Of a DNA stretch of 64,000 bases, positions 1 to 9,072 are shown in pieces. Each line of letters starts with the position of its first letter. The first letter of the stretch is position 1. Both the position numbers and the translations under genes were made by a program. Under the pieces are notes generated by a model, which was not told the origin of the DNA, ran no database searches, and was given only the letters and a program-made list of their open reading frames with translations. Source of the DNA: a virus; the IMG/VR virus record IMGVR_UViG_3300025809_000014, positions 1 through 64,000 of that record; one strand, 5' to 3'.

Positions 1-108
1 TCAGGAACGTCTGGCACCTCTGGAACAACAGGAACTAGCGGTACCACAGGAACAAGTGGTACTACAGGAACTTCAGGTACAACAGGAACCTCTGGTACTA
101 GTGGATCT
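1..108 (+). repeat. Gly-Thr-Ser/Gly-Thr-Thr triplet repeat (coding)
   Basis: About 12 G-T-S/T triplets with varied synonymous codons. Confidence 0.85.
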
Positions 109-1815
109 TCTGTAACAGTATCAGGAACTACAAATAGACTTGTTAAGTTTACTAGTAGCTCCACTATAGGTAACTCAAATAATGAGGATAACGGAACTAC
201 AACAAGTGTTGGTCAGAATTTTGAAGTTACTGATGGACTTGGTAATGATGAAGTATTTACAGTTTCTTCAAGTGATGGATTATTTAGACTAGGAGATATC
301 GAAGGATTAGGGGATGAAATGTATATTGAAGGTGGATATTCTGGTGCATTCAGTATGTATACAGGAGGTGTTCAAGGATTTCATATGAATAATTCTGGTA
401 GAATTGTTGTAAATGGAACAACTGAACCTATTGGTTCCACAGCAAAACTTAGTGTAAATGGTAATATATATACGAGTACAGTTTATATTGGTAATGGTTT
501 AAATAACTTTATCAGTAGTTATAATGGTGGTATGCTTATATATTCTCAATCAGGAACACAAATTTCTCTTGGTGGCGGTATAGGAAACAGACAAAACGAT
601 GTTGTAGTTGGTAATGGATATTTATATGTAAATAATAATGGTGCAGCAGCAGCATTTACTGTTAATGTTTTTCCATTTACAACAAGTAGTAGTTCTAGTT
701 ATACTCATGATGCAGTAATAGCAGGTAGAAGCAATTTATCTACTCCAGGAACTCTTTTATTACACAATACAGACACTAGTATAAGTGCTGGTGAAGCAGT
801 AGGTGTTCTTCAATTTGGTGGTAGAGATGATAGTAATACTTCATATATTTCTTCTCAAATATCTGCTGAGGTATTTCAAGGTCCAGGTACTGGTGGTACT
901 GGTGGAGGAATATTAAAACTTCAAACAAGTAATACAAGTACTGGTGGACAAGTTATAACACGTATGCTTATTGATAATGATGGTGATGTTGGTATTGGTA
1001 CACAGAATATCACACCTTTAGCTAGATTTCATGTTGATGGTGCCACATACCTTAGAGGAGACTTCTTTAGTGCAAAAACTGGAAGTATAGGAACCTCTAA
1101 TATGATAGAGGCTAAGGCAGGAGGCACTTCAAGTGGTGATGCACAGATTATAATTGGTGATGTTAATGATTATTGGGGTGGTTCAAGCAGTTATAGTGTA
1201 TGGAATACTACTGATCGAACTTTAATACATGGAGTGAATGTTGGTATAAATGTTGACCCACAAAACATGCTCCACTTATTTAAAGGTAACCTTTACCTCC
1301 AAAGCTCAGGACTAAGAGATGCTAATGGAGACTATGGTGCAGCAGGTCAAAATTTAAAATCCGATGGTCAAGGAACTGTAGGATGGAGTTGGGAAAAAAT
1401 GACACTAGTATCTACGTTCTACGCAAGTAGTTATTCGAGTGGTAGCATTATATACATGCCTGTAGGAGGAACGTTAAGTGAAAACACTAGTAATCAATAC
1501 TATAACAACTTCGTTGCTCCATATAATGGAAGAGTTAGACAAATAAGAATAAAAAACGTCAGTGGATCTACTCCAACAGCAACAAGCTTTACATCATTTA
1601 GAGTGTATGTTAATGGATCATTGTCAAGCTCACAAACACCTACAACAACTAATGGTGGAGCTACAGGAATGATGGGCGTGAAAGAGTACTCAGATACTGA
1701 TGCTCAATTTACTGCAGGAGATAGAGTACAATTTGCCTATGTAGCTTCTGGAGGCACAGGACATATTTACGGAGCTACAGCAACATTTATAATAGAATAC
1801 ACAGAAAACAAATAG
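1..1815 (+). CDS. Tail fibre/receptor-binding protein, 5'-truncated; begins with (Gly-Thr-Ser/Thr)n repeats
   Basis: The frame of ORF 319..1815 is open back to base 1 (SGTSGTSGTTGTSG...SVTVSGTTNRLVKFTSSSTIGNS). Gly/Ser/Thr-rich beta-repeats such as GDVGIGT and VGINVDP are typical of phage fibres. Confidence 0.7.
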   Translation, partial: SGTSGTSGTTGTSGTTGTSGTTGTSGTTGTSGTSGSSVTVSGTTNRLVKFTSSSTIGNSNNEDNGTTTSVGQNFEVTDGLGNDEVFTVSSSDGLFRLGDIEGLGDEMYIEGGYSGAFSMYTGGVQGFHMNNSGRIVVNGTTEPIGSTAKLSVNGNIYTSTVYIGNGLNNFISSYNGGMLIYSQSGTQISLGGGIGNRQNDVVVGNGYLYVNNNGAAAAFTVNVFPFTTSSSSSYTHDAVIAGRSNLSTPGTLLLHNTDTSISAGEAVGVLQFGGRDDSNTSYISSQISAEVFQGPGTGGTGGGILKLQTSNTSTGGQVITRMLIDNDGDVGIGTQNITPLARFHVDGATYLRGDFFSAKTGSIGTSNMIEAKAGGTSSGDAQIIIGDVNDYWGGSSSYSVWNTTDRTLIHGVNVGINVDPQNMLHLFKGNLYLQSSGLRDANGDYGAAGQNLKSDGQGTVGWSWEKMTLVSTFYASSYSSGSIIYMPVGGTLSENTSNQYYNNFVAPYNGRVRQIRIKNVSGSTPTATSFTSFRVYVNGSLSSSQTPTTTNGGATGMMGVKEYSDTDAQFTAGDRVQFAYVASGGTGHIYGATATFIIEYTENK

Positions 1816-1817
1816 AT

Positions 1818-3584
1818 ATGGCAGCAAGTAATTTAAATAATGATATACAACTATCACATCCTTTATACAAGAATGATCCTGGAAGAACTAGACCAGGAAA
1901 GGATGCTGATGGTGTAGTAAGAACACCTAGTAGTGAGACAGAAGACATTGCTGCTCATTCAACTATTCTGGATAGCGTTTCAGATAATGGTAAGTTTGAA
2001 TATCTTATACCTATTATAAATAACTTGGAATCTGTAAGAGAGGATTTACAAGATCTTTATACATGGACTGTTTGTGCATTTGGAAAAGATTGTAGTAAAG
2101 CTGCATCTCAGGGACCCAAAGGGGATACTGGAGCACAAGGTCCAAAAGGTGACACAGGTTCACAAGGACCTATAGGTAATACAGGACTAACTGGTGCTCA
2201 AGGTGCCCAAGGTGCTACTGGACTAAGAGGTTTACAAGGAGCAACAGGATCTCAAGGAGCAACAGGTAATAGTGGTACATCTGGTACTTCAGGAAATTCT
2301 GGTACAGCAGGTACTAGCGGTACTAGTGGTGGAAAAGGAGCAACAGGAAATACTGGAGCACAAGGTGTAAAAGGAGACACAGGAGCACAGGGTATACAAG
2401 GTGTAAAGGGTGATAAAGGTGCACAGGGAGATGCTGGATGGGGTATAACCATGAAAGGTGAGGTGGCTACTGAAGCTAACCTACCTTCTACAGGTAATTC
2501 TAACGGTGATGCTTATATTGTTCAAGCAGATGACTCTATTTGGTTATGGACATCAGCTGAGGGGTGGATAAGTGGTGGTTCTATAAAAGGACCTAAAGGA
2601 GATAAAGGTGATACTGGTGCTCAGGGAGCAACAGGTGCTCAGGGCCCACAGGGTGTCAAAGGAAATACTGGAGCAACAGGTTCACAGGGAGTTAAGGGAA
2701 ACACTGGTGCTACTGGAGCTGCTGGAACTAGTGGTGTAGACGGTGCTAAAGGAGATCAAGGAATTCAAGGGGTTAAAGGAAATACTGGATCTGCTGGTTC
2801 AAATGGATCCAATGGAGCACAAGGTATTCAAGGTATTCAGGGTGAAAAAGGAGATACTGGGGCTACTGGATCTCAAGGAATACAAGGAGTAAAAGGTAAT
2901 ACTGGAAATACAGGAGCAGCTGGTGCTAATGGAACTTCTGGTACTTCTGGAGTGAACGGAGCAACTGGACCTAAAGGTGATACTGGGTCTAAAGGTAACA
3001 CTGGGGCAGCTGGAGCAAACGGAACTTCTGGAACTAGTGGTGCTAAAGGTAATACAGGATCTACAGGTAGTCAAGGAGCACAAGGAAACCCAGGTGCCAA
3101 TGGTACATCTGGTACTTCTGGAATCAATGGAGCTAAAGGTAACACTGGTTCTACAGGTGCACAAGGAGTTAAAGGAAATACAGGTAATGCAGGAGCTAAT
3201 GGTACATCTGGCACAAGTGGATCCTCTGGTGTAAATGGAGCTAAAGGTAATACAGGTAATACAGGATCCCCTGGATCAAATGGTACATCAGGTGTTAACG
3301 GAGCAACAGGTTCACAAGGTCCAAAAGGTGATCAAGGTATACAAGGGATACAGGGTGCAACAGGTAATACAGGTGCAACTGGTGGTAAAGGAGATACAGG
3401 AGCTACTGGAGCAACAGGTCCAGCTGGAAGTAATGCAACAATAGCATGGTTTGCTGCATGTGGAGACAAAGAAACAGACCTTTATGTTGCATCAATTTGT
3501 ATAAATGAGAAAGGTGGTTATATAGGCTTTACAAATAACAAAGGTGCAACTGTTTATTGTACAAAAGTTACCCCAAAGCTTTAA
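1818..3584 (+). CDS. Collagen-like (Gly-X-Y) fibre/virion protein
   Basis: Two long G-X-Y tracts (GPKGDTGAQ, GTSGTS, GANGTS) interrupted by a LPSTGNSNGDAYIV...WLWT...W globular insert common in phage collagen proteins. Confidence 0.85.
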   Translation: MAASNLNNDIQLSHPLYKNDPGRTRPGKDADGVVRTPSSETEDIAAHSTILDSVSDNGKFEYLIPIINNLESVREDLQDLYTWTVCAFGKDCSKAASQGPKGDTGAQGPKGDTGSQGPIGNTGLTGAQGAQGATGLRGLQGATGSQGATGNSGTSGTSGNSGTAGTSGTSGGKGATGNTGAQGVKGDTGAQGIQGVKGDKGAQGDAGWGITMKGEVATEANLPSTGNSNGDAYIVQADDSIWLWTSAEGWISGGSIKGPKGDKGDTGAQGATGAQGPQGVKGNTGATGSQGVKGNTGATGAAGTSGVDGAKGDQGIQGVKGNTGSAGSNGSNGAQGIQGIQGEKGDTGATGSQGIQGVKGNTGNTGAAGANGTSGTSGVNGATGPKGDTGSKGNTGAAGANGTSGTSGAKGNTGSTGSQGAQGNPGANGTSGTSGINGAKGNTGSTGAQGVKGNTGNAGANGTSGTSGSSGVNGAKGNTGNTGSPGSNGTSGVNGATGSQGPKGDQGIQGIQGATGNTGATGGKGDTGATGATGPAGSNATIAWFAACGDKETDLYVASICINEKGGYIGFTNNKGATVYCTKVTPKL

Positions 3585-6528
3585 TTATATCAATAACCTT
3601 ATTAGATTTTATACCTCTATGGCATTCAAAGTGTCTAGGGGTATTTTTATGTTCAGGGCACCAATCCCAATCTCCTTTATCAAACTTATGGTTAGGATTA
3701 TTCCAACACCCATGACATAAAGATTCATCAGTAACTCTATAACAACTGAATTCGTGATCAGCTTCTGTAAAGTTTGATATCATCACAACAGGTGTACCTA
3801 TAGCCCAAGCTAACCAACTAAGTCCACTAGATAGCCCTATAAAGAACTCACTCTGTCTTATACAGTCAATAGTGTATTCTAAACTGGTATCAACTATCTT
3901 CTCACAATTATCAAAAGGATTGTTTTCTATAGATGTGTTGATAATAAAGTAACCTTGTTCATGTAAATAGTTTATAACTTCCTGCCACCCTTCTCTTGTC
4001 CAGAACTTACAACCAGCTGTAGAGTTAGTAGCTATAGTTACATACTTGCCTGGAACATTGTAGTTATCTTTCATACCACATTCGTTCCCCCAGTTACTTT
4101 TAACTCTTGGCACTATTTCTTTGTGCGTCAGCCCTAAAATATTGGAGGCGGCCTTTTGTAACGAAATTGTATTTGGCAACTCTGGCTCTCTATTCTTGTC
4201 ATAAAACCAACCTATCTTATACATTGCATATATATTAGGTACTTCTGAACCAGGGTTTACAAATTCTAATTCAGGATACACCTCTTCAAATAAGAAGTTC
4301 TTAAAAGTACTTACAATCACTTTACAATTATGCTTATTCTGAAACTCTAATACATAAGGTATCCATGCTATAGAGTCTCCTAAGGAGCTACTGTCAAAAG
4401 ATATATAGACACGCTTATCTTCTAAGTTTAATGTTTCATTATACACCTCTACACCATCCTTTAACACAACAGTTTTCCACTTTGTATAGTATTCTCTATA
4501 AACAGTTGACCAGTGATTAACCTTCATAACATTATGATATACTAGCTCTTCTCCATCAAGTAGATGAACAGCGAATTCGCTTTCAGATGTACCTGTAATT
4601 TCTATTCTTGGCTTTCCTATAAAGCTTTGATTTATTTGATAATCATCGTGACTTTTTACTTCTAGATTTAAAACATCCTCATATAAATTAACATGCTTTT
4701 TACCAAAGACACTACTAGTGTTATGTGTAGGCACCTCATATTTTAAAGGCTCATTTAACAAGCGCTTTAGTTGGTTCTTCATCTTCATAGGGTTTAGATC
4801 CTCTATGTAAGGTGTGAACATATCTTTATACTGTGCAAGATTACGTGCTAATATAGGTAGGCCATATGAAATAGCTTCTCTAATTGCTAGTGGGTTACAT
4901 TCCCATACAGAGTTAAACATAAATGCATCTGCAGCTAATAAGAATTTATCTACATCATTACGTTCTCCCCACACGGTAACATTACTTGGCAAGTCTGTCA
5001 TTAAAGGTTCCCAATAGTCTTGAAAGTTTCCAGCTTGGTTACCAACAAAATGAAACTGTACATTTGGTAGCTTTCTTGCAATAGCTATACCTTCTCCTTG
5101 GTTCTTACCTTTAGTCCAGAGCCCTACATTGACTACATGTTTTTTATTGATATCTAATCCTAAGTCATATTTAGCATTCATCTTGCTCTGCCAGTCATAT
5201 ATCACTGCGTCTACTGGAAACTCTAGAACTGCTCTGTGAGAAGGCATGTTTTTAAATGTTTCTAAATGATAAGGTGTACAGAATGCATATGCGTCTGGAT
5301 GGTACCTCTTATCCCTATCAGGTCTAAACGATATATTATGACAAGTTTCTATCACCTTCCAAGATCTGTCTTCAGCATATAGTAAAGGTAATACCTCTTC
5401 TGAACCATCCCCTAAATGCTCACTCATCTCATCTATATGTACAATATCAATACTATTGTATTTTATAATGTCTAGCAGTTCTGTTTTATCTTCACCTAAT
5501 GTGTAGAAGTTAGGTACAAGTTGTTTTATCTGGTTTTTTTGTACAACAAAATGATCACTATAATTAGCCCACTCTACTACATATATATTAAAACCTCTCA
5601 AGGCCTTTATTCTCTTTAGTAGAAACTCAGGCATCCCACCTGTAGAAAGATGTGGTGCTAAAAACAATACTTTTTTAGATAACTTGTTTATCATATCTTG
5701 CATTAAGATTGTATTCTTTTCTCCATGTAAGGCCATAAGATGTTCTTCTTTTGCAGGAACCGCTACCCATTCTGCTGTATGATTAATGCTACCAGTGAAT
5801 TCTAATGTCATTAGATCTACATCCTTTGTATAGTTTATATACATTATAGGAAGCCCTTCATGTATATTATACTTCCACAATAATACATTTGCTATTGTTT
5901 CTTCGTGATATGGTGCATATAACTCATGATTAGTTATAACTTTTGGGTGGTTACACATCCATGACCACTCACTTATAAAATCTTTTGATTGCTGTCCTGC
6001 TACAAAATATCCTGTTTGCCTATACTTGTTTCTAACTGACTGGTCTACATTAAATAGATCACATGCTGGATACTCTAAACTAAGATGTAACTCATCTCTA
6101 GTCTCTACACCACCACGTCCATTTATAAATAGGTAGTCATATATACCTTCTACAAAATAAGGATGTGTACAATTATCAGGGTAATGGTCAAATATTTTGT
6201 TTATGTTTGAAGTTACTACTGTATCAGAATCTATATATGCTACAGTTTTTGCATATTTATCTAAAGCATCTAATATAATAGCTGGCCTTTGAATAAGAAG
6301 CTTGTATATGTTAGGATCACTTCTGTCAATGTAATCTTTTTTTGAGGAATCTGCACTATTTAGTGTCCAAGGTATTGTTCTAGATGCATCATGTACAGAC
6401 TTGTTACAGTTCATCATGTATACAATAACTGGTATATTACTAACATTATTTATACTTTTTACTGCCATTGATACAACATCATAATATGCTTCATTAGCAT
6501 AAAGTACAAAGGCTTTATCTACTTTCAT
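3568..6528 (-). CDS. Three-domain glycosyltransferase: GT-A domain (DSD), GT4-like GT-B domain, and Aah/TibC-type autotransporter O-heptosyltransferase domain
   Basis: N-terminal YIDSDTVV. Middle APHLSTGGMP...FNSVWECNPLAIREAISYGLP. C-terminal SLGDSIAW, FFIGLSSGLSWLAWA and the 4-Cys iron-finger CHGCWN...WCP...ECHR. Confidence 0.8.
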   Translation of the reverse strand: MKVDKAFVLYANEAYYDVVSMAVKSINNVSNIPVIVYMMNCNKSVHDASRTIPWTLNSADSSKKDYIDRSDPNIYKLLIQRPAIILDALDKYAKTVAYIDSDTVVTSNINKIFDHYPDNCTHPYFVEGIYDYLFINGRGGVETRDELHLSLEYPACDLFNVDQSVRNKYRQTGYFVAGQQSKDFISEWSWMCNHPKVITNHELYAPYHEETIANVLLWKYNIHEGLPIMYINYTKDVDLMTLEFTGSINHTAEWVAVPAKEEHLMALHGEKNTILMQDMINKLSKKVLFLAPHLSTGGMPEFLLKRIKALRGFNIYVVEWANYSDHFVVQKNQIKQLVPNFYTLGEDKTELLDIIKYNSIDIVHIDEMSEHLGDGSEEVLPLLYAEDRSWKVIETCHNISFRPDRDKRYHPDAYAFCTPYHLETFKNMPSHRAVLEFPVDAVIYDWQSKMNAKYDLGLDINKKHVVNVGLWTKGKNQGEGIAIARKLPNVQFHFVGNQAGNFQDYWEPLMTDLPSNVTVWGERNDVDKFLLAADAFMFNSVWECNPLAIREAISYGLPILARNLAQYKDMFTPYIEDLNPMKMKNQLKRLLNEPLKYEVPTHNTSSVFGKKHVNLYEDVLNLEVKSHDDYQINQSFIGKPRIEITGTSESEFAVHLLDGEELVYHNVMKVNHWSTVYREYYTKWKTVVLKDGVEVYNETLNLEDKRVYISFDSSSLGDSIAWIPYVLEFQNKHNCKVIVSTFKNFLFEEVYPELEFVNPGSEVPNIYAMYKIGWFYDKNREPELPNTISLQKAASNILGLTHKEIVPRVKSNWGNECGMKDNYNVPGKYVTIATNSTAGCKFWTREGWQEVINYLHEQGYFIINTSIENNPFDNCEKIVDTSLEYTIDCIRQSEFFIGLSSGLSWLAWAIGTPVVMISNFTEADHEFSCYRVTDESLCHGCWNNPNHKFDKGDWDWCPEHKNTPRHFECHRGIKSNKVIDIIKALG

Positions 6529-6547
6529 AAAGTTTTATATTTGTAAA

Positions 6548-6555
6548 CAAAGTTA
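6548..6555 (-). promoter_or_regulatory. Bacteroidota-type -7 box (TAACTTTG) for the glycosyltransferase
   Basis: TAnnTTTG about 20 nt upstream of the ATG at 6528. Confidence 0.55.
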
Positions 6556-6608
6556 GTAAAATAAATTAAAAGTTTATGCTATATTATGCAAATAATTTGA
6601 CTAACAGT

Positions 6609-6639
6609 TTTGGTATTCTAAAAAGTTTAGTTATATTTG
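6609..6639 (+). promoter_or_regulatory. Bacteroidota primary-sigma promoter for the lysis cassette
   Basis: TTTG-N19-TATATTTG. Confidence 0.75.
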
Positions 6640-6749
6640 TTCATTACATCGTGTAACTTCTACACAACTACACCTATATCTAGTATAAAACCATCCACTA
6701 CACTTATAGAATAGGTGTGTTACTTTTATATATATATAAAGAATAAATC

Positions 6750-7073
6750 ATGGCTGACCACACTGCTTATCAACAACAAGTAAAACAAGAATTAAAAAAC
6801 ATGGACCATCGTTTAGACGAGATGGAGGAAAAAATGAACTCCATTGATACAAAATTAACACAAGTAGTTGATGCAATATTAGGAAACTCCCTCACTAAAA
6901 CAGGTGGATTTGTTAATGACATTGATGAACTTAAAAAGAAAATAGAGTTATTAGAATCACAAGTTGAAAAACAAGAAGAATTTAAAAAGAAATTCTCTTG
7001 GACTGTTGGACTTGTTACAGCAGGGGCACTAGTTATACAGTATTTAATTAATCTATATTCTAAAATTAAATAA
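6750..7073 (+). CDS. Coiled-coil protein with C-terminal TM helix (holin/antiholin candidate)
   Basis: Heptad-rich N-terminus, hydrophobic C-terminus, first gene of the lysis cassette. Confidence 0.5.
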   Translation: MADHTAYQQQVKQELKNMDHRLDEMEEKMNSIDTKLTQVVDAILGNSLTKTGGFVNDIDELKKKIELLESQVEKQEEFKKKFSWTVGLVTAGALVIQYLINLYSKIK

Positions 7074-7074
7074 T

Positions 7075-7269
7075 ATGAAAAAGTTAAAAAACATTATAAG
7101 CGTTATTAAGAACTGGATTATTTCAAATGGAGTTGAAGGCGCTTTAGGATTAATTCTTGGACTCATTCTTTGGGTTGCAGGATATAAGATATGGGCAGGT
7201 GTGTCTTTTGGCGTATTTGCACATAAGAACTGGGATATTGTAAAGTCTTGGATCAATAAAAATATATGA
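7075..7269 (+). CDS. Small membrane protein, holin candidate
   Basis: 64 aa with hydrophobic segments, upstream of the endolysin. Confidence 0.5.
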   Translation: MKKLKNIISVIKNWIISNGVEGALGLILGLILWVAGYKIWAGVSFGVFAHKNWDIVKSWINKNI

Positions 7270-7505
7270 GTAGAAAAGAGAAGATAGATTATTACTTAAA
7301 GAAATGGATTAGTAGGAAGCTCACTGTGTTTATAGTAGCTTGCTTTGGTCTATTCTCTGATAATATAACATCTTCTGACTGGGTAATAATAGCCACTGTA
7401 TACATATCTATACAAGGTGTTTCTGATCTAGTAGAAAAACTATTCAAAGCAAAGAAATCAGATAGTCCAATATATAATCCTTATTCTAATGAAGAAGGGC
7501 CATGA
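7266..7505 (+). CDS. Holin candidate (2 TM)
   Basis: W-x-SRK motif followed by two hydrophobic helices; ATGA-coupled to the endolysin. Confidence 0.55.
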   Translation: MSRKEKIDYYLKKWISRKLTVFIVACFGLFSDNITSSDWVIIATVYISIQGVSDLVEKLFKAKKSDSPIYNPYSNEEGP

Positions 7506-7951
7506 GAAGAATAGACAAGATCATATTACATTGTAGTGCTACTCCTGCTGGAAAACACTTTGACGTTGATGAAATTAGAAGATGGCATGTTGAAGGAAGA
7601 GGTTGGAGAGATATAGGATATCACTATATAGTTTATTTAGATGGAAGTATACATAACGGAAGACCTGTTGAAATCCCAGGGGCTCACGTCAGGGGAAAAA
7701 ATAAACACAGCATTGGTGTTTGTTACATTGGTGGAGTATCTGCAGTAAAAGATAAAAGAGGTAAGTGGCCTGCTGAAGACACAAGAACACCTGAACAAAA
7801 AGAAACTTTATGGAAATTACTCATGGAGTTGATGGCTTGTTATGATGGTGCAACTCTTCACGGACACAATGAGTTTGCCAGGAAAGCTTGTCCAAGTTTT
7901 TCTGTGGCAAGAGAATATAAAGATATAATAGAATTCTATGAAGATAATTAA
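7502..7951 (+). CDS. Endolysin, N-acetylmuramoyl-L-alanine amidase (T7 lysozyme-like)
   Basis: IILHCSAT, GWRDIGYHY, GAHV, GHNE...KACPSF zinc-amidase motifs. Confidence 0.93.
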   Translation: MRRIDKIILHCSATPAGKHFDVDEIRRWHVEGRGWRDIGYHYIVYLDGSIHNGRPVEIPGAHVRGKNKHSIGVCYIGGVSAVKDKRGKWPAEDTRTPEQKETLWKLLMELMACYDGATLHGHNEFARKACPSFSVAREYKDIIEFYEDN

Positions 7952-8276
7952 CTTTTTCAAAGAACAATGGTTTTTTGTTTTATTTATTATAGTTTTATTA
8001 ATGATGCAATATGAATCAGATAAGACTATAAAGAAGTACGAAGTACAGTTAAAAGAGTTAAACTTACAAATAGAAATCTACGAAAGACAAGATGCACGTA
8101 TGCAAATTCTTGTAGATAGTTTTAGTACTTTAGATACTAGAGTGGTGGAGAAAATAAGAACCATCAAAGAAAAAGAATATGTACAAATTAAAATGGTTGA
8201 TGATATGCCTGTTAGTGACCTTCAAGAGTTTTTCACAGACAGATACTCTGAGGGCTCCAGTAGTAACACTAACTGA
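7938..8276 (+). CDS. Inner-membrane spanin (i-spanin) candidate
   Basis: N-terminal TM helix plus coiled coil, directly after the endolysin and overlapped by the next gene. Confidence 0.6.
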   Translation: MKIINFFKEQWFFVLFIIVLLMMQYESDKTIKKYEVQLKELNLQIEIYERQDARMQILVDSFSTLDTRVVEKIRTIKEKEYVQIKMVDDMPVSDLQEFFTDRYSEGSSSNTN

Positions 8277-8652
8277 GAAGCAAGCTAAGCAGGTAATAAA
8301 AGATCTAATTCAATATGATAATCTTAAACTTATAACAGCAAAGTTAGAGGATAGAATATCATTATTTGAAAAGAAAGAGTTTAGTCTTCTACAGAGATTA
8401 AACTTGAAGGACAGTATTATCTCTACCAAAAATGCTTACATAGACATACAAGAAGATATAATAAACAAGAAAAAACCTCTTAGGTTTAATGGTTTTGTGG
8501 GTGTACAAACTTTTCAAGCATCTTTAATAGATCCTATTCTATATTTTCAAACAGATATGGAACTTAAAAAAATAACTGTAGGAGTTAGAGTATTTGCACA
8601 AGTTAATAATGTTGTAGGATATGGCTTTGTTTTACAATACAAAATATTTTAA
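8179..8652 (+). CDS. Outer-membrane spanin candidate: signal peptide, coiled coil, C-terminal amphipathic beta-strands ending in Phe
   Basis: MYKLKWLMICLLVTFKSFS|Q signal; starts inside the i-spanin gene; ends GFVLQYKIF. Confidence 0.55.
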   Translation: MYKLKWLMICLLVTFKSFSQTDTLRAPVVTLTEKQAKQVIKDLIQYDNLKLITAKLEDRISLFEKKEFSLLQRLNLKDSIISTKNAYIDIQEDIINKKKPLRFNGFVGVQTFQASLIDPILYFQTDMELKKITVGVRVFAQVNNVVGYGFVLQYKIF

Positions 8653-8653
8653 T

Positions 8654-8800
8654 ATGAATGATTGGGAATTAGAAATAGCATTTCACTGGCCACACCAAAG
8701 ATTTGCACTAGGTTGGGAATTTATAGAACCAACAGAAAAGTTTAATTATACAACTATTAAGTTATATCTGTTTGCAATATCAATAACATTAGACTTCTAA
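8654..8800 (+). CDS. Hypothetical 48-aa protein (MNDWELEIAFHWPHQRFALGWEF...)
   Basis: Read from the sequence (below the track cut-off); starts 1 nt after the previous stop. Confidence 0.6.
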   Translation: MNDWELEIAFHWPHQRFALGWEFIEPTEKFNYTTIKLYLFAISITLDF

Positions 8801-8904
8801 TTAAATCAGTTAGAAGTCTTTAACATATTTAATTATTTTAATTTATCACGATACTAAGATAAGTCTAGGAATATTCATATTTTTGTATTATAAAAACATA
8901 CATC

Positions 8905-9042
8905 ATGCCTATACCAAATAAACAAATCGGCTGGAGTGCAACAGAAAACTTGTTGTGGAATATCTCGAAACAGTTAGAAAGACTGATTCAAGTAACAGGT
9001 AAGAATAATCCTACTACCACAACTACTACCACTACTCCGTAA
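8905..9042 (+). CDS. 45-aa microprotein with C-terminal Pro-Thr8-Pro (MPIPNKQIGWSATENLLWNISKQLERLIQVTGKNNPTTTTTTTTP)
   Basis: Read from the sequence; A-rich leader and an upstream TATTTTTG -7 box at 8878-8885. Confidence 0.7.
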   Translation: MPIPNKQIGWSATENLLWNISKQLERLIQVTGKNNPTTTTTTTTP

Positions 9043-9072
9043 CAAGAATTAAAAAACCAATAACTACATATT

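Noticed and set aside
2110-3430. Repeats that might suggest a CRISPR array or DGR template/variable pair
   Set aside because: They are in-frame coding repeats with synonymous variation; there is no repeat-spacer structure, cas gene or reverse transcriptase in the window.
2252-3444. Alternative-frame and antisense ORFs inside the collagen gene
   Set aside because: Shadow ORFs caused by G-X-Y codon periodicity.
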